NCBI GenBank assembly: GCA_001643675.2
Contig: LSRY02000004.1
Location: forward strand, 1,240,001-1,304,000
Direction: 5' to 3'
DNA from: Monocercomonoides exilis PA203
Lineage: Eukaryota; Protista; Preaxostyla
DNA length: 64,000 nt
Part shown: piece by piece, positions 21,672-35,500 of the stretch
How positions within the stretch are numbered: the first letter of the stretch is position 1
How the letters are laid out: every line of letters starts with the position of its first letter
Translations under genes and position numbers: made by a program
The notes under the pieces: generated by a model
Database searches by the model: none
Told to the model about the DNA's origin: nothing
What the model saw: the letters and a program-made list of their open reading frames with translations, nothing else

Positions 21672-23750
21672 GATGATGATGATGATAATGATGATGATGA
21701 TGATGATGAAGGGGAAAATGAAGAGGAAAGGGAAGAAAGAGAAGAAAAGGAAGAAGAGAGCGGAGAAAAGGAAGAGGAAAGAGAAGAAGGGGTAGAAGAA
21801 GGAGTTAAAGAAGGAGAAGAAGAAGAAGAAGAAGAAGAAAGATCAGATGAAGGAAGATGCAAAAGAGGAGATTTCAATGGAATGCTGTCTGTTTGTGTTG
21901 CCATGTCTGAAGAAAGTGCTTTTTTCAGTGATGGCAGCACAGCTTGTGGAGAATTAGACGAAGAAGAAGAAGAAGAAGATGATGATGATGACGACGACGA
22001 CGATGAATTAAAAGAACCCTGTGTTTGTATTCGTGTTTTTGATGGAGATGGAAGCGGAGTGAAAACAGCAGACAAAACAGAAGAATCATTAGAGACAGAA
22101 GAGAAAGAAGAAACAGAAGAGAAAGAAGACAAGGGAAGTTGTTTGGGCTGAGAAGATATCTCAGAATTCATTGGATGTGTTTGAGATGGATTAGAGGTAA
22201 TAGAAGAAGAAGAAGGAGGAGGAGGAGGAGGGGTTGAAGATGAAGAAGAAGAAGATGATGATGATGATGATGATGACGTTATTGGCAATGTTGGTGAATA
22301 AGAATTAGCAACAGAAGAAGAAGGAGGATGAGAAGAAGGAAGAGAAGAAGGAAGAGAAGAAGAAGAAGAAATATCTGCAGATAAAATCCTTGGCGATGTA
22401 TTTGAAGTGTGTGTGGGAGTATCCAAGATGCCTTTGAAAGAGAATTCACACTGAGAAGAGGAAGAGGGCAAAACAAATGAAACAGAAGAAGAAGAAGTAG
22501 AAGAGGAAGAGGAAGAAGATGAGGAAGATGAGGAAGAAGAGGAAGATGAGGATGAGGAAGGAGAAGAAGATAAAGATGAAGAAGAAGTTGACTTAATAGA
22601 AGAATTTAATTTGTTATCAGTTACATTTACAGAAGAATTCGGAAAATTTTGAAGTGATTGTAAAGAAGGAGGAGGGGAAGAAGAAGAAGAAGAAGCGAAT
22701 TGATTGATTATTTGTGTGGGTGTGTCGGAATAAGAGGCAGATGTCTCTTCAACAGAAAGAGATGAGGAAGAAGAGGAGGAGGAGGAGGAAGATTGTAAGG
22801 AAGAAGAGGGAAAGGAAGAAGAAGAAGATGATGATGATGATGTGGATTGAGAAGAATTAAGTGAATTAGGTGAATTAAGTGAATGTGATGATTGTGGTGA
22901 CTGTGGTGAAGGAGGAAAAGAAGGTGTTGCTGGATGTGAAGATAATAAATACATAGAAGAAGAAGATGAGGAGGAGGAAGAAGAAGAGGAGGAGGAAGAA
23001 GAAGAGGAAGAAGAAGAGGAGGAGGAAGAAGAAGAAGCACTAGATGATGATGATGATATAGATGAAGCAAGGGAAGAAGAAGAAATTGGAGAAGAAGGAG
23101 AAGAAGGAAGAGAAGGAGATGATGATGAATGCAAATCTAATGAAGTGGATGCACAAGATGATGTGGGTGAAGGTGATGTGGATGTGATTGAACAAGAAGA
23201 TGGCTTAAGAGAAGGATTGGAATATGCTGATGGATTATTGGAAGAAGAAGAAGAGAAGGAGGAAGCGGGAGAAGAAGAAGAGAAGGAGGAAGCGGGAGAA
23301 GAAGAAGAGAAGGAGGAAGCGGGAGAAGAAGAAGAGAAGGAGGAAGCGGGAGAAGAAGAAGAGAAGGAGGAAGAGGAGGAAGAGGAGGATGAGGAGGATG
23401 AGGAGGATGAGGAGGAAGAAGAGGAAGAAGAGGGAGAGGGAGAGGGAGAGGGAGAGGGAAAGGAGGAGGAAGAGGAAGAGGAAGAGGAAGAGGAAGAGGA
23501 AGAGGAAGAGGAAGATGATGAAGATGGTGAAGATGGTGACAAAGAAGAAGAAAAAGAAGTAATAGAAGGACGAGGAGGAAGAGGAAGAGAAGAAGAATGA
23601 GAAGGAGAAGTTGGAGTGGGAAAAGAAGGAGAAGGAAAAGAAGAGGCAGAAGAAAATTGAGTGATTGCAGGCTCAGAAAGCGATTGTTCGAGGCGAAGAA
23701 GAGACAAAGAAGCAGCAGAAGAAAGAGAAGCTAAAGAAGCAGAAGAGGAG

Positions 23751-23781
<31 letters not shown>

Positions 23782-25700
23782 TTTGAGCAGCAAAAGAAGA
23801 AGAGAGAAGAGGAAGAGAAGACGGAGAAATAGAAGGCGAAGGAGTCGGAGTAAATTCAGAGCGAAGAGAAGAATCTGAAGAGCATTCACTTTTGCTGTCA
23901 GAACTGACAGAAGAAATGCTTTTGTCTTCATCTTTTGTGAAATTCAATAAAGTGTTGTCAAATTTCATCTTCCCTTTCTCTTTCTCTTTATCCTTTTCAT
24001 TGCCATTGTCATCTTCTTCCTTCTCTTTGCTCTTTTCTTCTTCTCCTTCTTCTCCTTCTCCTTCTCCTTCTCCTTCTCTTCCTTCTTTCACTCCATCATC
24101 TTCATCTTCATCGCTCCACTCATCGCAAATAGGCAAGTCAAACTCTCCTGTCACTCTCCCTTCCTCTGTCGCTATCTCTTCGCCATCCACTTTCTCCACC
24201 GAAAGATACTTCACTGCTTTCTCCCTCGCACGCCGAATCCACCGGTCAAAACCAGAACTGATTATTGAGCCTTTCAGTGGCTTGAGGTTATCTTCTTTCT
24301 CTTTCTCTTTCTCTTTCTCTTTGTTTTTGTCTTTCTCTTTCTCTTTTTCTTTCTCCTTTGATTTCGGCTTCGGTTTGGGTTTAATTATTTCCAGTTCTTT
24401 TTCTGTGCTTTTTTTCACATTTTTTGTTTGGCTCTTCTTTTCCTCTGTGATTTCTTGTACTTCATCTGGAATTCTCTCAAACTTCAGCTGTTTTTCATTC
24501 GAATATGCAAAATAAGGTTTTCCTTCGCATCTTTTCTGTTGAGTAGCGGAAGCAACATCAAATTCACAGGTAGATTTAACTGGCTTTTTTGAGCTATTCA
24601 AATTGCTTCCTTTTTCTTTCTTGTCACATTTTCCATTGACAAGCTCCTTCTCTTGCTCCAAAAGCGGAACAGTTGCCTTAGGTGAGTGAGAAAAAGGTAT
24701 TTCTGTGTGATCCAAAGAAGACCTGTTGAGAGAAGATGTTTGCGTGTTTGGCACAGTCAGCACAGCTGGCGACAAGATGTCCCACGTCTTGTCCTCTTCG
24801 CTGCTCTGCTCAGAGTCTGCCTCTTCGCTCTTCTGGTTCTGTTTGCCATTTTCATTTCTTTCTCCTCTATCATCTTTACTTTTATTGCTACCAGCAATAC
24901 ATTCGTTGCTGTCTTCTTCGCCTGCTTCTTCTTCATTTCCGTTCAGAGACAGTTCCAAGTCAAGTGTCCCTGTCAGCTCGCCTGCTTTGACAGGGTAGCC
25001 ATGCTCGTCAAAATGACTTGTGCAATCACACGACGGTGTTGGACGTGAAATTGCTAAAGGAGAAGAGGATAAATGCGGAATATCATGATTATCTGACTGA
25101 AGAATCCGATTTTTGTCTGGTGAGCAAGACGCTTTTCTTGCTGCAAACGGCGAGACAACAGAAATATCCTGGAAAATAGGAGATGATGGAGAAATCAATT
25201 CTGGTGTTTGGCATACGGATGAGGATACAGAATTTTGAACTGAAGAGTTTGCGTGCTTTGAAAAATGAAAATCCAAACTTTCTCCTCTTTCATTGCCCTC
25301 GAGTTCCTCGAGTTCAAATTTTCTTGCATTACTTTCATTGCTCAATCCCAGTTGCGTGCACGTATTTTGAATCGTCCTTGTTGGCGAATAAATCAATGGA
25401 GGTGATGAAAGAACGCATCCCTTTCGTTTCTCTTGTAAACGACGCTGAATTATCTTTGAATATTCTCTATCTTCATCAGACAGTTCTTCGTCTTGCTCTA
25501 ATGCTGCAATGATCAATTCACCAAACGAAGGCTTTCTTTCATCAATTTGAGTTTCTTGTTTCATCTGACTTTTTTTTATTTGATTTTCTATAAAAATGAT
25601 GAGAAAATTAGATTTGTAGGTTTAATTCGAAAAACAAGCGTAAATTAAAATGTAAATTAAAAAAATATTCAAAAGCATAAGGATTACCTTCTGATGTCAT
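19502..25700 (-). CDS. ~2030 aa Ser/Glu-rich low-complexity protein of unknown function
   Basis: 2020 aa ORF. Probable 13-nt first exon (ATG at 25700) and GT-AG intron 25687..25588 give an in-frame MTSEENQIKKSQMKQ. Long poly-Ser tracts and coiled-coil segments. Confidence 0.75.
23244..23373. repeat. 27-bp coding minisatellite, 4 full copies plus a partial (SSFSSSSPA)
   Basis: Unit GAAGAAGAAGAGAAGGAGGAAGCGGGA repeated in tandem. Confidence 0.85.
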
Positions 25701-26389
25701 AGATGAAAGCAATTTATGCACTTGATATAAAAGATTTACAATCTTCAGATTTCAAATATGCGCAAATAAATCTGTGATAAAATATTTAATTGCGATAGTA
25801 CAAATGAAAGTTTTATGAATTATTCGTCATTAACAGCAGAAAAATAATTGTTTATAAAAAATCAATAAAGATATTTGGCAATGTAAAACAAAATTTCAAA
25901 AAAATTGCTTCAAGTGTTGCGAAACATTCACAAATAAAAATATGAGTTTTTGTAAAAGCATCAGCATACGTTCTAAAGTAAAAAATAAAACAACTTGTTT
26001 TTGCGACAAAAAAAGGTATAACGGTTTATCTTGATCGGCTTCATTTTTCAAATCTAATTTTTTCGATTTCAATATTCAAATTTGTATTTCATGTTTATAT
26101 TTTTTATAAAAAAGCTGAAGCCGGAATGAATTCCCATAAGTGATTTTTGTTGATTATTAAATAATCAAAATTCACATAAAAAATGAATTTATCGATCCAG
26201 TTGCTATGGATTTTTTTTCTTTGATATCATTTTGCATCCTTTGAAATTTGTTATCATTTCATAACGTTTTATCCATTATAAGTATTCATTCATAATAACA
26301 TTTATTTGTATTCAAAAAGCAATACATTAAATCTTGATTATAATAAATTAAAAGAACTTTTAAAATTTTTGGCATGTTGTTTATAGAAA

Positions 26390-27103
26390 ATGTCCCGCAA
26401 AACAACTCAAACGCTCGCTGAAATCCGAAAACAAAATCTAATTGCAAGAGGTTTGTTAAGTGAAGATGAAATGAAAATGCGCAGCCAAAGAGCGCTTCAT
26501 ATAAGTAAACAATCACACGAAGAAGCAGAAAAATTGAAAAGTTCAATTTCCATTGCGAAAAAGAAAGATGATGCTCGATCAGCTTTGAGGGCAAGATGGC
26601 TTCGCGAAAGAAAAGTGACTGGGACAATTCGTACTATAAGCACAATATCTACAGGAAAAGATGATGAGGGAGATAAATTTCTTCAGGAGGCATCCAAGGT
26701 TTCTCCAGGTGTTTTTTCTTTTTCGGAAAAAATTGGACGAGAAGCACTCAGACTTACAAACGAATTTAGAGCTAAAAACCGTTTACCCCCATGTGTTTGG
26801 AGCAAAGAAATTCATGAAATTTCGAAAAAGCACAGTCAACAGATGGCAAATCACGAAAAAGGATTTGATCACAGCGGATTTGAAAAACGAATTCATTCGC
26901 TTCCTTTTTCAACACAAAACAGCGGAGAAAATATATTTCGTACAAACATGGAAGAAGGATTGGCTGAACAAGCAGTTAGCGGATGGATATCATCTCCTGG
27001 TCACAGACGTAATCTTCTTGGAAAATACACTTTATGTGGAATTGGTACTGTTGAAGATAGAGATGGAATGTTTTTTATCACTCAAATATTTGCGACAAGA
27101 TGA
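26390..27103 (+). CDS. CAP/SCP (PR-1-like) domain protein with charged N-terminal helix
   Basis: TNEFRAKNRLPP, HSQQMA..FDH, GENI, W..SPGHRRNLL..Y...GIG and TQIF are CAP-domain motifs. Confidence 0.88.
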   Translation: MSRKTTQTLAEIRKQNLIARGLLSEDEMKMRSQRALHISKQSHEEAEKLKSSISIAKKKDDARSALRARWLRERKVTGTIRTISTISTGKDDEGDKFLQEASKVSPGVFSFSEKIGREALRLTNEFRAKNRLPPCVWSKEIHEISKKHSQQMANHEKGFDHSGFEKRIHSLPFSTQNSGENIFRTNMEEGLAEQAVSGWISSPGHRRNLLGKYTLCGIGTVEDRDGMFFITQIFATR

Positions 27104-27949
27104 GCATTAATTTTTCGAAATGTTGTTTTTCTGGATAATTCCTGGAGATTGATTTTCAATTATTGGAAAATGTGCTGTGCAAAAAATTGACTAAAATATG
27201 TTTGTGTTTGCATGCTTTTCATTTCAACTTTCATTTAATAAAAATGAATTGTTGTTTCATTCTTTGTTTTGAAAATAACAACAACAAAAGGAAAAAAAGT
27301 GTCGAATTTAGTACAAATTGATTGTGAATATTTTCTAAATAATCGAAATAAAATGCAATCTCATTTTTATTACTATGAGCTTTACAAATGTCAATAAAAT
27401 TTTATAGAAAAGTTACTGTTCAAAGTTTCACAAAAGCATATTGTTCAAAAATACGAATGTGTGAAATTTTCAAAAACCATTTGTAAACAAACAAAAAATA
27501 TGTCAACCCTCAAAGCCAGTTCAAAATGCAATGACAATAGTTGTCAAATAAAATGAATAAAGCAAAAATCATTATTTCTTCACAACAAGAATAATGACAA
27601 TCAAATCGAATGGGACGAAGAATAAACAAACGTCAATACTCCAAAATAATTGCGAAAAGAAGTCCCTAAAACGTATAAATCAAAACAGTTCAGAAGCCAA
27701 CTCAGTTAAAACGTTCAAAAAAGAATTTTTACAAATCCATAAAATTTGAAGAATTAAATAATTATGGAATGAAAATTCATTGAGTTGAACGTTTACAAAT
27801 TGGGTTTGGATCAGCATCATTTTTTGTTATTTCTTGTCGTTTCAATACTTTTTTGTATTTAAGGTATTTTATTATAATTTCATTCAGAAATTATTGAATG
27901 TTGATTTGGTGATTTTTATAAGTTTTTGTTTGTTTGAATTTTTCTCATC

Positions 27950-29947
27950 ATGAATTCTCTTCCTCTTGGCACTCAAAAGTCGGCGGATCAAAATCCAAGT
28001 AAAGTGGTCCACTTCCGTAATGTTTCAGAATATACAACTCCTGTTTGGAATTTTTTGTTTCTATTATTTCGTTAAAGTTCTATTTCATTTTATAGGAAGA
28101 TCTATTTTCTTTGGCTCGACCTTTTGGAAATGTAACTAACTCTCTTCTTATTCGAACAAAAAAGCAAGCAATGATTCAATTTGAAACAGTGGATCAAGCA
28201 TCGTCTTTTATCAGAGCATTTCCGACAACTGGATATAACCTTCGGTTTGATCATTGTTATTTTATAAGCGTGCAGTTTTTAAATTTTCACTGTTTAACTT
28301 TTATTCAAACCAACTTTATTCAGTGGAACTAAAATTTATGCACAGTATTCTTCTCATCAAGAATTGATGACTGACTCGCCCCAACCTGCGCCTCAATCTT
28401 TTTCTGGTTCTTCTATTACTCCAATTTCACCAATTTTGCATGTAACCATTCGCAACTTGGTTTATTTGGTGAATGTGGATGTTCTTAATGCTATATTCTC
28501 TCCATTCGAGCAAGGAGGTTCAAAAACTGTTCAAAAGATAATTATCTTCCAAAAGGGAGGTGATCTCCAAGCACTGGTTCAATTCAGCAGTGTTGATGCA
28601 GCAGCAAGAGCGAAAATGAATCTCGATGGCAAAAATATCTACACTGGCTGCAACACTTTGTTCATTGCATTCAGCAATCGCGACAACTTGGAAGTGAAAG
28701 AAAACTCACAGATGGCGTGGGATTACACAAACCCTTCTATTCCCATGAAGGCCAACTCAACACCAGCTGCTTCGCCTTCGTTGCTTATGCCGGCGCACGG
28801 GATGAAGATGGGAGGAATGGATATGGGGATGGGTATGGGCATGGGAATGGGAATGGGGATGGGGATGGGGATGGGTATGAGGCCTGGGATGGGCATGGGA
28901 TCAGGGATGGGGTATGGAGGAGTATTGCCTATGATGCGAGCAGGGATGAACCCAGGTGCAGCGGCTGGAGGGCACATGGGCGGTGTGGGGATGCCTGGGA
29001 TGTACGGGGCGATGGGCGGGATGGGAGGCATGGGAGGGATGGGGATGATGGGGCCGATGGGTGGAATGGGTGTTGGGATGCAACCGCAGCCCCACAGCAC
29101 TGGATGTGTGCTTCTGGTGAATGGATTCCCCGAAGACAAAGTCGGCTGCACTGAGTTGCTTAATCTTTTCAGTAACTACGGGTATGTGATGTTAGTTTTG
29201 TTATTGAAATTACATAATATATTTTGTATATAATGATCTTTTATATAACAATTATATATGCTTTGACTGATGTTTCAATTATTTCAACCAAATTTTTTTT
29301 TGTAATAATCTATTCCATCAACAAACAGATATGTTGTGCGTATCAAAATCCTGCATGCGCACCGCAACATGGCTCTTATCCAGTTTGCTGATGGAGCACA
29401 GGCAGCACAAGCATTGAACTTCTTGAAAGGAGCAAAAGTGTTTGGCTCGTCCATTGATGTCAACATCTCCCGCTATCCATCAGTGTCGCCTGCACAAGCA
29501 TATCCATCGAACTCTCAGGATCAGTCATCATCCTCCTCTTCCTCCTCCTCCTCATCATCGTCATCATCAGGTGCAGGCAGTGCATCAGACTCAAAGCGCA
29601 GTGAGTCAAAGACAGTTGACTATGAGAACACCACCCTCAACCGGATGTCGCGTGCTCGCTCGCTCAGCGCCACGCTCAGCGGGAAAGTCGGTGCGCCGCC
29701 GTCGGCTGTACTGCATGTGGCGAACCTGTCTGCGTCGACGACTGAAGAAGGGGTGGCGCGCTATCTGTCGGAGTATGCGCCGCTGCAGGCAGTGAAGATG
29801 ATCACCACGGTACCTGGGAAAAGCATGTGCCTGGTGAAGTACCGGACTGTGGAAGACGCCATCAACACACTCTGTCTGAAGCACAACACGCAGCTCGACG
29901 GGAACACCATCAAGCTTTCATTCACCAAAAGCATCATTTCACCGTAG
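27950..29947 (+). CDS. Polypyrimidine-tract-binding / hnRNP L-like four-RRM protein (4 exons)
   Basis: PSKVVHFRNV, QAMIQF, AQYSSHQEL, LDGKNIYTGCNTL.I.FS, LFSNYG, MALIQF, PPSAVLHVANL, LSFTKS. GT-AG introns at 28043-28095, 28245-28323 and 29182-29328 keep the frame. Confidence 0.92.
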
Positions 29948-30435
29948 AATAGTCTCTTTTTTTAATTGCACGACACACTACCACAAGTAATTGCCGAACA
30001 ATGAAAATAAAAAAATATATATATAATAGCTGTTGACTTTAATTGAGTTTGGCTGTTTGTTTGTTCGTTTGCTTGTTTTGATAATTTAAAGGAAAATTCA
30101 ATAATGAGTTTCCCGCATTACAATTTTCATAAAAAAAATTGTTTTCAAAAAAGATCAGAAAGAATTATCAAAATTGCAAAATATGTTTACACTTTCTTTA
30201 TAAGAACAGTTAAACAAAAAATGTGTTGAAGTTTATAAAAAAACATAACTCAGAAAGGATAAAAATTTCGGGTATTTATAAAAATTGTTCAGATTTCATA
30301 AGAGTAGGTTGATAATGAAAGTGATGAATGATGTAGCATTCACATTCAAAACAGAATCACAAAACTGTGGTCAAGCCACAGCAACACTTAAATGGAAGTT
30401 GTTTGAAGGAAAGAAAAATTAACAGAAAAAAATTT

Positions 30436-32404
30436 TCAGGTTTTGATGTGGTTCAGTTTCTAATATACCGGGAAAATATATCAACACAAAAATATTCAGC
30501 AAATTTGCATTGAGCGGTGATTATAAAATAATTTGAAAGAAAAAAAGAAAAGAAAATTGAATAAGCAATGTCATAGAATAACAATAATAACAACAATTGC
30601 AAACCCTGCACTCCCAAATGAGCCTATCTCTTCTCTTCAGCGTCGGGATCTCATAATCCGGCACAGCGCTTCTCGGCCTCCCTTTCATCTTCTGCTGCTG
30701 CTCCACCGTCTGCACCGGTCTGAATGGCCTGACAGCACTTTCCGGCCTTCTGCAGAGGACAAACTGGGCCGGCCTTGTCTTCGTCGCCTTCGACATCGCA
30801 AACGGCTTCTTCTTCCAGTCCTGGCAGTGGGCGTGGAACAAGGCGACTGGATCGACACGTGGCACAGGCGCAGACACATCCACCTCGCGAATGAGACCCG
30901 ATGATGAAGGGCGGAGCCAGGGGGGAGGAGGTGCGGGAGGACAGGTGCGGGAGAGCTCATGTCTGTCTCTGGTATTTCTGGTGTTTTTGGTGTTTCTGGT
31001 GGATGAAGAACGTGAATATACAGATGCTTCCGAAGAGCGCAAGGAGCTGGCGGTTGTGCGCGACAAGAGAGAATCTCTGTTCCTTCTTCCTCCTCTTCCT
31101 CTTCTTCTCTGTGAAGAATAAGCATCATCATCATCATCACGAGCACCATGTCTCAACCGATATTTTCCTGATTTTGTGCTGTAGCCAAACTCAGACTGAG
31201 ATGAATCATTATCATTGTCATTGTCATCTTCTTCTTCTGTGTTTGACTCACACTCATCGAATTCATCATCAGAAGTTTCGTCATATCCTCTCTTGCGCCT
31301 TGTTGTTCCTGTCTCAGATGAACTTTCATCTTCATCTTCGGATTCAGATACAGAAGATACTGTATTCCTTCGCCTTCTTCTGTTGTTTCCTCTATTTTGA
31401 TTTGTTGAAGGCTGAGGCTTTCGTTTCTTTTGTGTCAATCTCCTCCTGTGCTCTTCCACCCTTTTCTTTCGAAGCTCTTCAAGCTCTCTGCTTCTGTTTT
31501 CCGCTTCTTCTCGTTCTTTCCTTCGTCTTCTCAGTTCAGCTATACGTTTTCTTCGTTCGATTCTCTTTCTCGATCTTTTTGCAGGATCTCTTCTCTGTCG
31601 AAGCATTGCTCCTTTGCTGTTCTTTGACCTTCCTTCGTAATAATTATCGCTTTCATCGTCACTTTGACTTTTATCAAATGTTAAGGTATCATGTTGTTTC
31701 TCTTTCACTTTCTCTCGTTGATCAGTGGATTCTTTCTCTCTGAATCGCTTTTCTCGAAGAGCATCAGTTTGCGGGGGAACGAGTTTTGCTTCGTGGATTA
31801 TAATATTGTCATACCCTTCTTTCTGTGAAGGATTTTCAGAGATAAAGGGAAATCTCATTTCTTTTCGATCAAAAGATTTCACGAGAACTGTTGGACTAAT
31901 ACTAGCAAAAGTATCAAATGAAGTTTGAGGTGAAATATAAAATGTTGGTAAGGTTGAATAATCTTTTGCTCTCTCTTCATCTTTTGGAAAATTGGAACTA
32001 TCTTCTTTAAAATCGTTTTCAGAATTTGATGAACGTTGTTCATTTTGTTTTAATGGCTCGTCAATGGGTTTAAAATTTTCGTGTTCGCGTAATGGTGAAG
32101 TATGAGAAACATGGGGAGGTGATAAAAATGAAGATTGTTGCAAAACATCTAATGATGTTGCACTTTTATGTTCAATGCTTTTGGTTGATGAAAGAGATGG
32201 AGAAAATTCTGGATGAGGTGGTGGATTGTAAAATGATGAAGGGGCTGGTGGTAAATCAAGAATTGATGCACTTCGAGTTGATGAATGATTTGAAGCCATA
32301 GAGTGGGATAAAGAAGGACTTTGGAAATATTGCCCTTGATTGTATGAAAGTGAAAATTCTGGTAAATCGTTCGACGCATAACCAATCGAGCGCTGTAATG
32401 TCAT
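30436..32404 (-). CDS. HYLS1: HYLS1-like centriole/basal-body protein (C-terminal HYLS1 box)
   Basis: DPVALFHAHCQDW and PDYEIPTLKRRDRLIWECR resemble the HYLS1 C-terminal motifs (D.VA.Y..Y..DW; P.Y..PT.K.R..L.W..R). A probable short last exon (KLNHIKT*) follows an intron after ECR. Confidence 0.65.
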
Positions 32405-32599
32405 TTAGGTTCACAAAAATTTTTCTAAAAAAAGAAAACTTAAAGAAAAATCATAATTATGGTTAACATTTGAAATTTGATATGAATGCTGCAGCGCAAT
32501 AAATATGTGAATATTTTTCAGTTTGATATATAATGAAAATATATCCCTTTATTTTATATTTAGTTTTTTGAATCCTATTTTTTTTATTATTTGTTGTTC

Positions 32600-35500
32600 A
32601 TGAGTTTGCATAAAGGTTTGAGATATTTGAATAAATTAAAAGAAATGTGATTTTTATGATATTATTTAAATTTCAACAATGAACTTGTTTTGCAGGAGAA
32701 AAAATTAATCCTTTATCATTTGACGATGAAAATGATGTATCTGAAGTACCTGCATTTCCATTTGCATTTGACTCAGAAGAGCATTCAAGTGATGCAAAAC
32801 TTGAATCGACTTATAAGCGTTTAGGAAAGTTATACAATACTCATTTCGAACATTTAAGTACTAGAGTTCCAGCGATTTATGGACAGCTTTGCATGGAAGA
32901 CCCATATCCTTTAGAACCTGTGAGCTCTGTTTATCATGTAGATAGTCATCATGAAGATATAAGACAGTTATTTGATTTGTTTGAAAGTGGTTCTGAGTGG
33001 AATGAAGCAATCTCATCACGGTACACAGAAGAACTTGGAAGGCAATCAGATATATTACATGAACTAACAGATATTGTTCAAAAAATGCGAGCTGAGGACA
33101 TTAAACGGAAACGTCTTGAAAACCAAAGAGCTGCAAAAAATGGAAAAGATAGAAAAGTCCAATTTTCTCACACTTCCACAAAGTTTAATGACAAATGGAA
33201 TGCAACAGATGATCCAAACAGCTTGCGACATCAAATTGGCCATCCATTTACGAGAAATGATGATCATCATTTTCCAAAGGCATCACAACTTGAGTATTCA
33301 TCATCAATTGACAGATCCTTAACAACAGGTTCAAGTAAAGGCAAAGTTGAAAAAAAGCAAGTTAGAATGCTCGGAGCTTTGGATTTGCTTCTCGACAAAG
33401 AACGAGAGCGAAAGAAAGCTGCCATGAAAGAAAGAAAGAAAATGGTCCGAACAAGTCAACAAAGCGAATCAATGAAGCCGAATGGCAAAAGCAGAACTTC
33501 AAAGAGAAAGTTTCAAAAATTTAAAGAACAAGGGGAAGAAGAATCGCAAGTTAGTAGTGAGATGGGAGAAGAGGATGAAGATGAAGAAGAGAGCGAAGAT
33601 GAAGGTAAAGAAGAAGAGGAAGATGAAGACGAAGAGGAAGGAGAAGGCGAAGAAGAAGAAGATAATAGTTCAAATGAAGGAGAAAAGAGAACTAAAAGCA
33701 ATAAGAAAGAAAAAAGAAAGATTTCCAAAGAAGAACGGCTGAGAGCCAAAAAAGCAGAGAAAGAGCGAATGAAAGAGGACAAAGCAAGAGAAAGAGAAGT
33801 GAATGATGTTGGTGTATCGTCTGTGAGTCCGATGAGAAAGACGATGATGCGTGCGGCAGGAGCAGCCGATGGCGAGAAAGAAAGGCAAAGAGAAAGACAA
33901 AGAGAAGAGAAGAGGATGAGAAGAAGAGAAGGGGCAGACACAGATGGCTTTGTTGGCCTGAGCTGGAAAGGGAAAATGAGCGAAGACGGAGAAAGCGGAA
34001 GTGAGGGTGAAGAGGACGATGAAGATGTGGATAACAAGAATGTTTTATTTGGATTTTCAAAGAGACTTCAACAAAAGGAAAGCCAATCGCGAAATGTTTC
34101 GCTTCCGAAGGGGCCAACTCCAAATGCAAACAACAAGCAATTTTTAGCTACAACCACATCCTCTTCGTCTTCTTCTTCATTCTTGTCGCAGTCGAGTGCT
34201 GCTGGTGGATTCACTGCACCGCTCACGCAGACGATGCCCATTCGAACAAGACCAGCAACATCGAAGATGATGTATTCTGGTGAGCCTGCAACAACAGAAA
34301 CAACAAGTTCTTCTTCTACTTCTAATTCAAATTCTCATTCTTTTTATTCTTCCTCACCGTCTCCTCCTGCAATAACCGGTATTCTTTCTTCTCCTTTGAC
34401 TCCTTCTTCTTCTTCTTCTTCTTCTCATTCTCGTTCGCCTGGAAATGATTTTGCTGCTTCTTACACCACATCACCCAGAACAAGAATGCAACGCACAACA
34501 AACAGCTTTGCTGAGTCTGCGCGCAGAACAGAAAGACCAGCCAGCAACATTCCACATGGCAAAGATGGGAGCAATAGAAAATCTCTTTTTTCTTTCAATG
34601 AAGAAGATGAAGCTGATGATGGTGAAAATGAAAATGATGAGTATGAAAACGAAGTGTCAAGCAAAAGAAATCAACTCAACCCGACTTCTTTGTTTTCTGC
34701 TGATACTTATTCGTCTCCTCCGAGAAAGCAGCTGAAAGAGCCTGAGACTTTGGCAGAACGAGGAATCGGCCCTGAGGACATTGGCAGAAGAGTCAACAGA
34801 ATCGAAATAGAAAGCATTAACACTCAAATTCCGTACTCAGCATTTCCTGTTTCATCATCTGAAGAGCTAAAACCGAAAAACAGCACAGCATTGCTGTCGA
34901 ATCGCACAAATGCTTCTCCTTTTTCATCGGCAGAAACATTGATGTCTTCATCAGCTGCAAAGCCTGTATTAATTTCTCCGAATTCTCCGAAGTCTGCTGT
35001 TATTTCTCCGTCGGCTGCTTTGGCAGCAGCGCCGCGTCTGTCGACTGCACATCAGGAACAGAAGAGGAGGCTGCTTATAAACGAGGACAGTGTGCCGTTG
35101 GAGAAGGGAAAAGAGGAAGGAGGAATAGCAAATGAAGGAGAGGGAAGTGAAGGAGAAATTGAAGAGGTTGAAAACGATAGAGGAGAAAATGGTGATGTGG
35201 AAGAAAAAAATAAACAAATGTTTGAGAAAGATCAAAAAGTCGGGTTGGAAAACTTTGCAACGAGACCTAGAAATATTCCTCTTCAAATACCAAAACTGGA
35301 AATTGTTACAAATCAAGTGGAGGAAACAAAAAATTTGAATCAAAATATAAATTGGAGGCCGAACGAAAGAGATGGTAAAGAAAAATTTGTTGAAAATCAT
35401 AAAGAAAGAAGAAGAGAAGAAGAAGAAAGAGAAGAAGTTAAAGGAGACAGAGAAGGGAGAAATGGAAAAGAAAAAGGCAAAGGCGAAGGCGAAGACAAAG

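Noticed and set aside
21141-24515. Poly-Glu/Lys/Arg plus-strand ORFs (and similar minus-strand ORFs at 33.5-38.7 kb)
   Set aside because: Antisense shadows of poly-Ser or charged coding microsatellites.
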